DNA of 64,000 nucleotides, from the NCBI GenBank assembly GCA_028866135.1, contig JAGWIS010000001.1, positions 13,357-77,356 on the forward strand, in the 5' to 3' direction. The notes under the pieces are model-generated. The model did not search any database. It saw only the letters and a program-made list of their open reading frames with translations, and was not told the DNA's origin. Made by a program: the position numbers and the translations under genes. Positions 48,374-57,680 of the stretch are shown here, in pieces; positions within the stretch are counted from its first letter, which is position 1, and each line of letters begins with the position of its first letter. Origin of the DNA: Patescibacteria group bacterium (lineage in GTDB: Bacteria > Patescibacteriota > Minisyncoccia > Phycocordibacterales > Phycocordibacteraceae).

Positions 48374-48847
48374 CTACGCCTCGGCCCCCTCGTCTTTGAT
48401 ACGCTTGAGCGCGGTGGCGAATGCGGAAAATTCCTTCTTCGAGAGCGGAGAGAACATCCCGCCCAAAAGCCGCAGGGCGCGCGCGGCGGCCGTCCTGAGC
48501 TCAGTCTTCCCTTTTGCGGTCAGCACGAGCCGCGAGGTGCGGCGATCCTGCCGACCCGTGAAGCCCCTCACGAGCCCGCTCCGTATGAGTCCGCCGATAA
48601 GCGCGGTCGCCGAGGGCGCGGTGATGGAGAGATAGTCCGCGACGTCTTTCATCCTGGGCTCGTTCTGGTCCGCGATGAACTTCAGCGTTTCAATCCGCAG
48701 CCACGTCGACGGATCGAGCTTCTTCCCTTTCGCGAATCGCACGCGCATGATCCGGCGCACCGAAGAGAAGAGCGACAAAGCGAGCGCGACGTCGCCCGGA
48801 GCATGAGTGTGTTTTGGAGAGGAGTATTTTTTCATAAGCTCTGTCAT
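48374..48847 (-). CDS. MarR-family transcriptional regulator.
   Basis: It has a winged HTH (DVADYLSITAPSATALIGGLIRSGLV...DRRTSRLVLTAKG). Confidence 0.75.
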   Translation of the reverse strand: MTELMKKYSSPKHTHAPGDVALALSLFSSVRRIMRVRFAKGKKLDPSTWLRIETLKFIADQNEPRMKDVADYLSITAPSATALIGGLIRSGLVRGFTGRQDRRTSRLVLTAKGKTELRTAAARALRLLGGMFSPLSKKEFSAFATALKRIKDEGAEA

Positions 48848-50370
48848 CCGCCTGCTGCCGCTTCGGCGAGCGCTTCCGGCGGGAGCGCCTCCTTGCTCTC
48901 GGTTGTCCGCAGGAGAAAGAGCGCCGTCAGAGCGCCGACAATCATGGAAAAAGCCGCGTACCCGAAGATCGTTCCGTAGGAAAGAAGCTCGGCCTTCATG
49001 ATGATGAGCTGTGCAGCTTCGGAAAGTATCGTCGGCGCGCTCCCGAGGATGTGCGAATTCTGCGCGACCATGAGCACGTTTGCATTCGTGAGGCTGGTGA
49101 GGATCGTGCCGAAGATGGCGATGCCGAAAGCTCCGCCGATGTTGCGGGTGAGGTTCAGAAGGCCGGAGGACATGCCCACTTCGTGAAGCGGCACGGCCGT
49201 CGTGGCGGCATTGGTGAGGGGCGCCATGCCGAGCCCGAGCCCGACGCCGAAGAGGGCGAGGGGCAGGATGAAGTCCGCGGCGGTCATGGTCGGATCCAGA
49301 TGGATGAGCTGGTACAGCCCGAGCGCGCTCACGAGCATGCCGAGCGAAACCGTGTACCGCGGGTGGATAGCGCTTGAGAGCCGGGCGCCGATCGGCGCGG
49401 AGACGAGAAGCGCGACCGCGAGCGGTATGAAGATGTACCCGCTTTGCGTCGCCGTGTAGTGGAGGAACGCCTGCGTGAATACCGGCAGGAGGAACATCGC
49501 ACCCATCATTCCTCCGAAGGAAATGAAGGAGACAACGAGTACCGAGACGATGGTCGGATTGCTGAAAAGCTTAAAGTCTATGATGGGATGCGCGTGGCGC
49601 GTCTCCCACGCATACACGAGCGCGCCAAACAAAACGGTGCCGGCGTAGCAGAGCAGGCTCGAAAGAGAGAGCCAGCCCCAGTCTTGCCCGCGATCGACCA
49701 CGAGCACCAGGCTCGAGATGGCTCCGGAAAGGAGCACTGCCCCGAACCAGTCGAATGCGCCGCGCTCTTCCGGCCGGTCATGCGGAAGGAAGAGAAGCGT
49801 CATGGCGAGGCCGGCGATCCCGATCGGCAGATTGATGAAGAAGACCCAGCGCCACGAAAAATTATCGACGAGATACCCGCCAAGCAGCGGGCCGATGACG
49901 GCGGAGACCGCGAAAGAGGACGACCAGATGCCGAGGGCCAGGGCGCGCGCCTTCGTGTCGACAAACGATTTCGCGATGAGCGACATGGCCGTCGGGTAGA
50001 CGGCCGCGCCGACCAATCCCTGGATCAGGCGGAAAAAGAGGAGCGAGGCGAAATTCCAGGAAAGGCCCGCGAGGACGGAAACGGCGATGAATCCGATGAA
50101 GCTCCAGAGGTAGATGATGCGGTCGCCGAAGAGGTCGCCGAGCTTGCCGAACACCGGCACGAAAATGGCGTTGCTGATGATGTAGGCGGTCGCGATCCAC
50201 GCGGCGGTCGCGACCGTGATGCCGAAATCGCTCATGATGTTCGGCACGGCGAGATTCACGACCGTGCGGTCGAGGCCGATGAGGAGCGTGCCCACCATCA
50301 CGGTCGAGAGAACGAGCCACGGATGCCCGGCGAGCCGGTGAGTTTTTTCGCGTTCAACGATACCCGCCAT
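48844..50370 (-). CDS. MFS drug efflux transporter (EmrB/DHA2 family, 14 TM).
   Basis: 508 aa with the MFS motif GKLGDLFGDR and 14 hydrophobic helices. There is a 4-nt overlap with marR. Confidence 0.8.
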   Translation of the reverse strand: MAGIVEREKTHRLAGHPWLVLSTVMVGTLLIGLDRTVVNLAVPNIMSDFGITVATAAWIATAYIISNAIFVPVFGKLGDLFGDRIIYLWSFIGFIAVSVLAGLSWNFASLLFFRLIQGLVGAAVYPTAMSLIAKSFVDTKARALALGIWSSSFAVSAVIGPLLGGYLVDNFSWRWVFFINLPIGIAGLAMTLLFLPHDRPEERGAFDWFGAVLLSGAISSLVLVVDRGQDWGWLSLSSLLCYAGTVLFGALVYAWETRHAHPIIDFKLFSNPTIVSVLVVSFISFGGMMGAMFLLPVFTQAFLHYTATQSGYIFIPLAVALLVSAPIGARLSSAIHPRYTVSLGMLVSALGLYQLIHLDPTMTAADFILPLALFGVGLGLGMAPLTNAATTAVPLHEVGMSSGLLNLTRNIGGAFGIAIFGTILTSLTNANVLMVAQNSHILGSAPTILSEAAQLIIMKAELLSYGTIFGYAAFSMIVGALTALFLLRTTESKEALPPEALAEAAAGG

Positions 50371-50376
50371 ACGCGG

Positions 50377-51036
50377 CTATCTCGTGTAGATCCACATCCG
50401 GGCGGACATACCGTTTCGGAGCTCCGGGTACGCGCTCGTATCGAAGCGCGCCTTCACGTCGAACTGCTGGGTCTGGCGCTGATCGGAAATGTTGAAGACG
50501 ATGCCGGACTGGTTCGAGGTCGGCGCGATCTCGTCGATGACGCCGGAGAATGTCCTGCTGCCGAACGCGTCGACCGTAAAGGTGATGGGGTCGCCGATGC
50601 GTATCTGCGCAAGGCCTTTCGTCTCGTCGATCCTCCCTACGACGCGCAGCTGCGTCGGATCGATCATTTCCACGATTGTCTGGCCCGGCGCGACCTGCGC
50701 CCCGATGGTGTCATTGGCCTGCACGATGAGCCCGGGAGCTTTCGTCTTCAGCACTTCCGTCCCGACGAGCGCGACGGGAGCATTCGCGGGAAGCCGGTCC
50801 CCTTCGTTTACATAGACCGCATTCAAGCGCCCGGGAGCCGTCGAGGAGAGATTGATGAGCGGAGCCGAGACGGAAGCGGTGTCGATGGCGACTTGCCCGC
50901 TTGAAAGGATGAGATACGAAGCGACTCCCGCAGCGGCGAGGATGAGGATCGCTCCGCCGCCGAAGATCATGAGGCGACGGCGCAGATCCTTCAAGAGTTC
51001 CGGAGCGGTTTCCGTGTTGTTCGTGTTCATACTCAT
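50377..51036 (-). CDS. Short HlyD-family membrane-fusion protein (EmrA-like, lacking the coiled coil).
   Basis: It has an N-terminal TM helix and HlyD beta-barrel-like segments. There is a 4-nt overlap with the upstream adaptor. Confidence 0.55.
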   Translation of the reverse strand: MSMNTNNTETAPELLKDLRRRLMIFGGGAILILAAAGVASYLILSSGQVAIDTASVSAPLINLSSTAPGRLNAVYVNEGDRLPANAPVALVGTEVLKTKAPGLIVQANDTIGAQVAPGQTIVEMIDPTQLRVVGRIDETKGLAQIRIGDPITFTVDAFGSRTFSGVIDEIAPTSNQSGIVFNISDQRQTQQFDVKARFDTSAYPELRNGMSARMWIYTR

Positions 51037-52544
51037 ATAGAGAGCACTTCGTCTCCGGCGGAGAGGCCGCTTATGACCTCGGTCATGCCGGCGGCGCTCT
51101 CGATGCCGGTGGTGATAGGCGTTCGCAGCGTGCCGGAGGGCGTTTTCACGTAGACGAATTTCTGATTCCCGTCGGTGATGATGGCGCTCGTCGGTACGAG
51201 AAGCGTAGACGGTTTCGTCGCCGTGATGATGCGGAGGTTCGCGGGAAGCCCGGGCAGCAGACGCGGATCGTTCTCGAGGAACGTAACGGTGACGCCGTAG
51301 GAAGCGATTCCCCCGCCTGTCGACGCGGCCGGATTGACCGTCGTCACGGCCGCCGCGAAAGTCACGCCCGGGTACGCGGCGAAGGTCGCTTCGACGGTAT
51401 CGTTTATTTTCACTTTCGCGATATCGGCTTCCGAAATCTGCGCATCGGCCTGGTATTTCCCGTCCGCGATCATCGAGACGAGGGGCACGCCGGGGACGAC
51501 CGTTTCGCCGAGGTTCGCGTTCTGGGCGGTAATGGTTCCCGCGACGGGGGCGGCGATGACCGTCTGCTCCGCCGCCGCTTCTGCGGCAGCGACCGATGCT
51601 TGTGCGGCATCAACAGCAGCTTTCTGCGCCGCAATGTCGTTTGCGGTCGCTCCTGCCTGCGCGAGCGTGAGCGCGCCAGTCGCGGCTTTGTATGCCGTGT
51701 CGGCCGACGTGAGTCCGGAGAGGGCCGTAAGCACGTTGAGGCGCCCGGTGTTCACGCTCGTCTGGTAGCCGGCGAGGGTGGTTGCAGAAATTGAACTCGG
51801 CTGCGCCTCCGCGAGCGCCACCGTGAGATCATCGAGAAACGCGGTTACGGTTTTCAGATTCGCTTCGGAAGACACGACGGCCTGTTCCGGATTGTCGGCG
51901 GTAGAAGCGAGCGCCGCATTCCAGGTAGAGAACATTGATTCGAGCACGATGCGCTCGGCCTGAATTTGGTTGACCATTCTCGCGTCGGGCACGAGGATGG
52001 CCAGCTGCGGATTCGAGCTTTTTGGATTGGCGAACGCCTGGTCGGCCTTCGCGTGCACGGCATCGTCGGCATTCGTATACGCGGTCGCGAGCGCGGTTGC
52101 GAGGGCATTTTGCGCTTGCGCGACGGCTGTCTGGTCTATCGCGAGCTGCTCGGGACGCGTGCCGGCGGTGAGCGCGGCGAGCTTCGCCTGCTCTGCTTCG
52201 AGATCCGCCTTTGCGAGCGCCACGGCGGCGCTCTGGCTCGAGCCATCGAGCGCGACGAGCGTCTGCCCCACGCTCACGTGATCGCCCACGCTCACCCGTA
52301 TCAGGGCGACGCGTCCGGAGGTCTGGAATGCGAGGTCCGTGCTGTGCGCGGCCTTCACCGTGCCGGAGACGTCCACCTCTTCGGTAATCGGTCCGTTTTC
52401 GACGGCCGCATACTTACCCGCCGGGGAGACCGAGATGGTGTGCCACGCAAGCCCGACGGCGCCAGCGCCGATGAGGAGCGCGCCGCCGAGCGCGACCGCG
52501 GGTTTCGAAATGAAGTGCAGGAAAGGCAGGAATCGTTCGCGCAT
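51033..52544 (-). CDS. Efflux membrane-fusion protein (HlyD family) with a long coiled coil.
   Basis: It has an N-terminal anchor, an extended Ala-rich coiled coil and C-terminal lipoyl/beta-barrel segments. Its architecture resembles 43570-45348. Confidence 0.6.
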   Translation of the reverse strand: MRERFLPFLHFISKPAVALGGALLIGAGAVGLAWHTISVSPAGKYAAVENGPITEEVDVSGTVKAAHSTDLAFQTSGRVALIRVSVGDHVSVGQTLVALDGSSQSAAVALAKADLEAEQAKLAALTAGTRPEQLAIDQTAVAQAQNALATALATAYTNADDAVHAKADQAFANPKSSNPQLAILVPDARMVNQIQAERIVLESMFSTWNAALASTADNPEQAVVSSEANLKTVTAFLDDLTVALAEAQPSSISATTLAGYQTSVNTGRLNVLTALSGLTSADTAYKAATGALTLAQAGATANDIAAQKAAVDAAQASVAAAEAAAEQTVIAAPVAGTITAQNANLGETVVPGVPLVSMIADGKYQADAQISEADIAKVKINDTVEATFAAYPGVTFAAAVTTVNPAASTGGGIASYGVTVTFLENDPRLLPGLPANLRIITATKPSTLLVPTSAIITDGNQKFVYVKTPSGTLRTPITTGIESAAGMTEVISGLSAGDEVLSI

Positions 52545-52616
52545 GAGGATTGCTAATTACTTAGGTACTCGAAGTATATCAGGAGACCGCGCATCGGCAA
52601 CCCCCCGCGGCTTTCT

Positions 52617-54986
52617 TCAGGCAGTTCCGCCCGCCCGAACGGGACTCCGTCCGGCTTCCGCGCTCGCCCGTACCGACTTCATCCCCTCGCCCACCTGCAT
52701 CCAGAAGAACGCCCAGACCCAGACGAACGCCGCGAGCGGGAGAGGAATGGCCGCGACGAACAGGCCGGAGACCGCGAGTGCGGTCGCCGCGAGCTGGGTG
52801 AGCGATGTCGCCCAGATGACGCTTCGCGCGGGCAGGAACCTCCACCAGCGTTCTTTGGTGTGCGCGACGTAGATCAGCATGTGGCCCGAGACCGTGAGCT
52901 TCAAGAAGAAGGCGGTCTGGATGAGCGCGAGCGGCAGACGGACGACACTGGCGAGCAGGAAGTAGAGACAGAGGCTGTTTGCGACGCCGACGAGCCCGAA
53001 GAGCGTGCCGAGGACGAAGCGGTCGCGGGGCGCGAGATCCGCCGGACGGTCGGCGCGCTTCACCCGGTCGAACGCGAGCGAGATGATGGGGATGTCGTTC
53101 AGGAACGCGAGCAGTATGATCTGCACCGGCGTGAGCGGGAACCCTTTGATGATGAGGCCGAGCACGAGCGCGGTCACGATGAGCCGGAAGCTCTCGGAGA
53201 TGCGGTAGACGGAATAATTGTAGAGCCGGAAGAATATCTTTCGGGCTTCGATGAGCGCGGTTTGCATGACGCCGATGCCGGAATCCAGGAGCACGATGTC
53301 CGCCGTCCCCTTCAGGGCATCGACCGCGTTTGCGACCGCGATGCCGACATCGGCTTTGCGCACGGCGGGAAGGTCGTTCACGCCGTCGCCGGTCGCGGCG
53401 ACCACGTACCGCTCCTGCGCCCGGACGACGAGCGCAAGCTTATCCTCCGGCAAGACTTCGGCGAAGGCGGCGGTCGTGGTGAAGACGTCGGCGGAGAGAT
53501 GCGCGAGGTCGATATCCTTCGTCCGCATGATCCGGCCCGCGAGACCGAGCGCGGCGGCGACATGCGCGGCCGTCTCCTTCGTGTCTCCCGTGACCATGAC
53601 GGCGCTCACTCCCTCGTTCTTGAGGAAACGGAGCGTCTCTTCCGCGTCGGCGCGGAGCGGATCGGCAAGCACGAGCATGCCGATGAAGGTCATGTCGCGT
53701 TCGTCCCCGATACCGAGAGGGTCCTTCTTGAAGGCGACAGCGATGGCGCGCGAGCCGTCTTTCGCGGCGTCCTCCGTATCGCGGCGCACCGACTCGGCGA
53801 GCCCGTCGAGCGGAGCGCATATGCTCTCGATAACGGGCGGCATGCCGATGGATACCAGATAGCGGACACCGTCGCGTTCGAGCAGGGCCGTGGTGCGCTT
53901 GCGCGTCGAATCCGCGGGAATCGTCTCGAGTATGCGATGCGGCGAGACACCCGGCGTTCCCGCAGCGACGATCGCGTAATCGATGGCGGTGCCGCCCGGC
54001 TCCGCGGCCAGCGAAGCGTAGGCGCGGACATCGTCTTCAGAAAAAGGCGCGTACGCATGGACGCGCTCGACGAATATCTTGTTTTCGGTCAGCGTGCCGG
54101 TCTTGTCGGTAAGGAGGAGCGTGACGTTCGCCAGATCCTCGAGCGCGGAGAGGCGCCGTACCAGCGCTTTCTTCGCGGCGACGGCAAGCGCCCCGATCGA
54201 AATGATGAGCGTCATCACGGTGGGAAGCGACACGGGTATGCCCGCGACGAGGAGCGAGAGATCGAGAATGACGATGCCGGCAAGCGGCTGTCCGTCGAGG
54301 ATGAAAACAGCGGTGAGAACAGCCACGGCGATCAGGCTCGCGATGATGAGGTACCGCGAGATGGCCAGGATGTCGCGCTCCATGCTCGATGCGCGCCTCC
54401 CCTCATTTCCGGAGGCAGCGATTTTGCCGAAGAAGGCATTGTTTCCGGTCGCGGTAACCGTCCCGGTGAAGTTGCCGGACACGACCACCGAGCCGGAATA
54501 CGCCGTATCGCCGATTTTTTTCTCTTTCGGCAACGATTCGCCGGTCAATACCGCCTCGTTGATTTCAAGATTCACCGTCCGGTCGATGCGCGCATCGGCG
54601 GCAACCAGCGCTCCGACGCCGCATTCGATAACGTCTCCCGGCACGAGTTCTCGCGACGGCACGCTCCGCCACGTCCCGTCGCGCATGACCTTCGCTTCGA
54701 CGGAAAGCTGCGAACGCAACATCTCGAGCGCATTGTCGGCCTTCCTCGCGTGCCAGAGCGTCATTCCCACGTTGAGCGCGAGGAGCGCGAGTATGAAAAA
54801 TCCGTCGAATCGCTGCCCGATGTAGAACGAGAGCGCCGATGCGACGACGAGCATGAGCGACGCCGGGGAGGCGAGCGCCTCGAGGAGCTTTCCGAACCCG
54901 CCCGGCCGCTTTTCGCGGATCTCGTTTGGGCCGTACCGCGCCAGCAATCGCGCGGCGGCGGCGGCCGTCAATCCTTGAGGATCCAT
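52617..54986 (-). CDS. Cation-transporting P-type ATPase (type II/III, MgtA- or Ca2+/H+-ATPase-like).
   Basis: It has DKTGTLTEN, MVTGDTKETA and ATGDGVNDLPA motifs and about 10 TM helices. The start is taken at MDPQGL. Confidence 0.8.
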   Translation of the reverse strand: MDPQGLTAAAAARLLARYGPNEIREKRPGGFGKLLEALASPASLMLVVASALSFYIGQRFDGFFILALLALNVGMTLWHARKADNALEMLRSQLSVEAKVMRDGTWRSVPSRELVPGDVIECGVGALVAADARIDRTVNLEINEAVLTGESLPKEKKIGDTAYSGSVVVSGNFTGTVTATGNNAFFGKIAASGNEGRRASSMERDILAISRYLIIASLIAVAVLTAVFILDGQPLAGIVILDLSLLVAGIPVSLPTVMTLIISIGALAVAAKKALVRRLSALEDLANVTLLLTDKTGTLTENKIFVERVHAYAPFSEDDVRAYASLAAEPGGTAIDYAIVAAGTPGVSPHRILETIPADSTRKRTTALLERDGVRYLVSIGMPPVIESICAPLDGLAESVRRDTEDAAKDGSRAIAVAFKKDPLGIGDERDMTFIGMLVLADPLRADAEETLRFLKNEGVSAVMVTGDTKETAAHVAAALGLAGRIMRTKDIDLAHLSADVFTTTAAFAEVLPEDKLALVVRAQERYVVAATGDGVNDLPAVRKADVGIAVANAVDALKGTADIVLLDSGIGVMQTALIEARKIFFRLYNYSVYRISESFRLIVTALVLGLIIKGFPLTPVQIILLAFLNDIPIISLAFDRVKRADRPADLAPRDRFVLGTLFGLVGVANSLCLYFLLASVVRLPLALIQTAFFLKLTVSGHMLIYVAHTKERWWRFLPARSVIWATSLTQLAATALAVSGLFVAAIPLPLAAFVWVWAFFWMQVGEGMKSVRASAEAGRSPVRAGGTA

Positions 54987-55046
54987 GCTTCCACAGTACA
55001 CCTGCGACCCTTATTTTTCAGCACGCCTATGCGATAGTGTAGGGTA

Positions 55047-55394
55047 ATGATCCGGATCAAGCGCGCGTACGAAAAAGCGGAGAGGGCCGACGGCACCCGC
55101 ATCCTGGTGGATCGCCTGTGGCCGCGCGGCGTCTCGAAAGCAACTATAAAGATTGATGGGTGGGAAAAAGAAATCGCGCCATCGACGGCCCTGCGGAAAT
55201 GGTTCGGGCACGACCCGAAGCGTTGGAGCGAATTCAAGAAGCGCTATAAAGCAGAGCTGCGGACGCACAAAGCCGAGCTCGCGGCGCTCAAGGCGCGGGA
55301 GCGAGGCAAGGCTCTCACGCTCGTCTACGGCGCCAAGGATCCGAAACACAATCATGCGCTCGTGCTCAAGGAAACACTGGAACACCTGGCATGA
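55047..55394 (+). CDS. DUF488 (YeaO-like) protein.
   Basis: It has the RILVDRLWPRG N-terminal signature of DUF488. Confidence 0.55.
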   Translation: MIRIKRAYEKAERADGTRILVDRLWPRGVSKATIKIDGWEKEIAPSTALRKWFGHDPKRWSEFKKRYKAELRTHKAELAALKARERGKALTLVYGAKDPKHNHALVLKETLEHLA

Positions 55395-55424
55395 GGAGCG
55401 GAGAACGTAAGATTTCCGCGAATC

Positions 55425-56225
55425 TTAGAACGGAATTAGGTAACTTGTCGTAGAGGTCGACTCTGATGAAAGAGTGACGGGAAATTTTTGATAGCCGTAA
55501 GATTGTCCTTGATTGAGATCGTTTCCATATTGCCAGACGTTGCCTTCGCTGATTTGGTAACTCTTTTGTCCTTTCCCGCTGAAATTAATTATTCGTGGCG
55601 TGTTTCCCAGAGTTAAATTATATGGGTATTCGTTTCCACAAGCATCTCTCACGTCCACCGTTGCATAAATGATTCCATTGAGATTGGTTGCGCCGATCTT
55701 AATCGGGATTGGCCCCGTTGTACCTATGTCGGAACATAGCAGGCTCCCATTTTGTAGTATCCCTCTGCTTATACAGGAATCACTGAGAGAAATCGTTGGA
55801 ATGGGTGTCATATCGCACGATTGAAAATCACTCGTACTTTTTAGCGGGGAAGCCTCCGTTATTTGTTGGTTTGTCTGCGTAATCGATACTGGAGTTACTT
55901 GTTCAACAGTTTGGTGGTTGGTTTGTGGCGGCATCTGCACTGCTGACGTATCGGCAGTAAACGAGGTCAGGAGATTGACGAAGGAGCTCGCGGATACGCT
56001 AGGAGCAGCCTGGACGACGCCGATAAGACTTTCGGCTTGAGCAACTGTGATATTAGAGAAAGCCGTGATGAGGTTGGTGAACACACTGGCAGGAGTGCCC
56101 GGCGACGACTGCACGACATTTATAAGACTTTCTGCCTGTGCTTGTGTAAGCGGCGCAGCAAAGGAAATGGACGGGGCAAGGAGGAGTAGGGCGGAGATAA
56201 ATGCCATCTTTCTCATGACTACCAT
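55425..56225 (-). CDS. Secreted protein with tandem 30-aa repeats and a Ser/Thr-rich C-terminus.
   Basis: It has a signal peptide MRKMAFISALLLLAPSISFA. Repeats of AQAESLI.VVQ..P...AS.F.NL.T.F occur at least twice. The C-terminus is beta-rich. Confidence 0.5.
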   Translation of the reverse strand: MVVMRKMAFISALLLLAPSISFAAPLTQAQAESLINVVQSSPGTPASVFTNLITAFSNITVAQAESLIGVVQAAPSVSASSFVNLLTSFTADTSAVQMPPQTNHQTVEQVTPVSITQTNQQITEASPLKSTSDFQSCDMTPIPTISLSDSCISRGILQNGSLLCSDIGTTGPIPIKIGATNLNGIIYATVDVRDACGNEYPYNLTLGNTPRIINFSGKGQKSYQISEGNVWQYGNDLNQGQSYGYQKFPVTLSSESTSTTSYLIPF

Positions 56226-56260
56226 AATAGCAAAGTCCGGTAAATTCGAATAATGCAAAA

Positions 56261-56283
56261 GCCGCTCTCTTGAGCGGCTTTTG
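56261..56283 (+). terminator. Rho-independent-terminator-like hairpin, flanked by A-run and T-run (bidirectional).
   Basis: The stem GCCGCTC-tctt-GAGCGGC is preceded by AAAA and followed by TTTTG. It lies between divergent genes, so its role is unclear. Confidence 0.35.
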
Positions 56284-56510
56284 CCTAAGTGATGCTTGAC
56301 GGTGCTGTGCTGACCCCGATGGAGGCCGGTACTGGTTCCTGGCGTCACAACCGTGTTGGGGGGCCAGAATTTGCACTCCCCCACTTTCGTCGCATAGATA
56401 CTAACTCGAATGTAATTCTATACCACGAATAACTCTTGGAATCGCACCATTCCCTTCAATAGAGGGGCGCCGACTTGCAAATGCAATAGTATTGCGTTTA
56501 TAATATCCTC

Positions 56511-56942
56511 ATGCCAAGAAGTAACACGGAAAAATATGCGGACATGCTCCGCAAACAAGGGCTCAAGGTGACACCCCAGCGACTTGAGCTCATTTCTCTA
56601 CTCACCCGACTCAAAGAGCCGATGAGCGCGCATGAGATCAAAGCGAAGTGGAAGCAGGGTGATATAGACACCGTGACGCTCTACCGAGCGCTCGATGCTC
56701 TCGTCGATGCGGGAATCGTGCAAAGAGTTGACCTGCAACATGGGCACACGGACTACGAGCTCCTAGTCCCAGGGGAACACCATCACCATCTCGTGTGTAC
56801 GGATTGTGGCACGATCGAGGACTTTGTCGGTTGCCCGGGAAAGAATATGGAGAAACTGGCTCTCAAGAGCAGTTCCCAGTTCGTATCGCTTCGCGAACAT
56901 TCCCTTGAGTTCTTCGGTACGTGCAAAACATGCGCAGTATAA
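56511..56942 (+). CDS. Fur-family metal-responsive repressor (Zur/Fur).
   Basis: It has a winged helix plus the metal sites HHHHLVCTDCG...C..C. Confidence 0.75.
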   Translation: MPRSNTEKYADMLRKQGLKVTPQRLELISLLTRLKEPMSAHEIKAKWKQGDIDTVTLYRALDALVDAGIVQRVDLQHGHTDYELLVPGEHHHHLVCTDCGTIEDFVGCPGKNMEKLALKSSSQFVSLREHSLEFFGTCKTCAV

Positions 56943-56957
56943 ATTAATTGAAACACT

Positions 56958-57674
56958 ATGATCATCCTCATCACGATCGCGACGTTCTTTTCGACCCTTC
57001 TTGGGGGACTCTTTGCTCTGCATCTGAAAGATAGATTGCATTTGATCCTAGGATTCAGCGCAGGAGCCATTCTCGGTGTCGCATTCTTTGATCTCTTGCC
57101 GGAGGCACTCGATTTTGCCAGCAAGGTATATTCCGCTTCGACCGTTCTAACGGTACTTGTTATAGGTTTTACGACTTATCTCGTTCTTGATCGGTTCGTA
57201 CTTCTGCATGGCCACTCAGATGAAGAACATGGTAACGAACGTCGGGGAAATACGGGTGCCGGTAGCCTCTCATTCCACAGCTTCCTCGACGGCATAGGTA
57301 TCGGCCTCGCTTTTCAAGTCTCCCCCACGGTCGGTGCCATCGTGGCCGCCGCCGTCCTTACGCACGACTTCTCTGACGGAATCAACACGGTCAACTTCAT
57401 ACTCAAAAACAAAGGGGCGCGGGCAAAGGCGTTTCGATGGTTGCTTGTCGATGCTATCGCTCCAGTCCTCGGAGTACTCTCTACCTTGCTCTTTGTCCTA
57501 CCCGAGGACAAGCTTGGCCTCTTGCTCGCACTCTTCTCCGGTTTCTTCCTCTATATCGGCGCGAGCGATCTTATACCAGAGAGCTATCATTCTCACCCTC
57601 AGCGTTGGACTACCATCATGACCATCGTTGGCATTTGTACGTTGTACATCATCATCCACTTGGCGAGTATGTAG
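56958..57674 (+). CDS. ZIP-family divalent metal transporter (ZupT-like).
   Basis: It has 8 TM helices with the HSFLDGIGIG and HDFSDGINT metal-binding motifs. Confidence 0.75.
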   Translation: MIILITIATFFSTLLGGLFALHLKDRLHLILGFSAGAILGVAFFDLLPEALDFASKVYSASTVLTVLVIGFTTYLVLDRFVLLHGHSDEEHGNERRGNTGAGSLSFHSFLDGIGIGLAFQVSPTVGAIVAAAVLTHDFSDGINTVNFILKNKGARAKAFRWLLVDAIAPVLGVLSTLLFVLPEDKLGLLLALFSGFFLYIGASDLIPESYHSHPQRWTTIMTIVGICTLYIIIHLASM

Positions 57675-57680
57675 CCAGAT

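Noticed and set aside
52860-55037. A 725-aa plus-strand ORF opposite the P-type ATPase, together with the similar large antisense ORFs 49444-50904, 44940-46202, 39868-40455, 60182-61189 and 18055-18849.
   Set aside because: Their translations are extremely Arg/Glu/Asp/Gly-rich with no domain signatures. Each is fully covered by a confidently assigned gene on the other strand.
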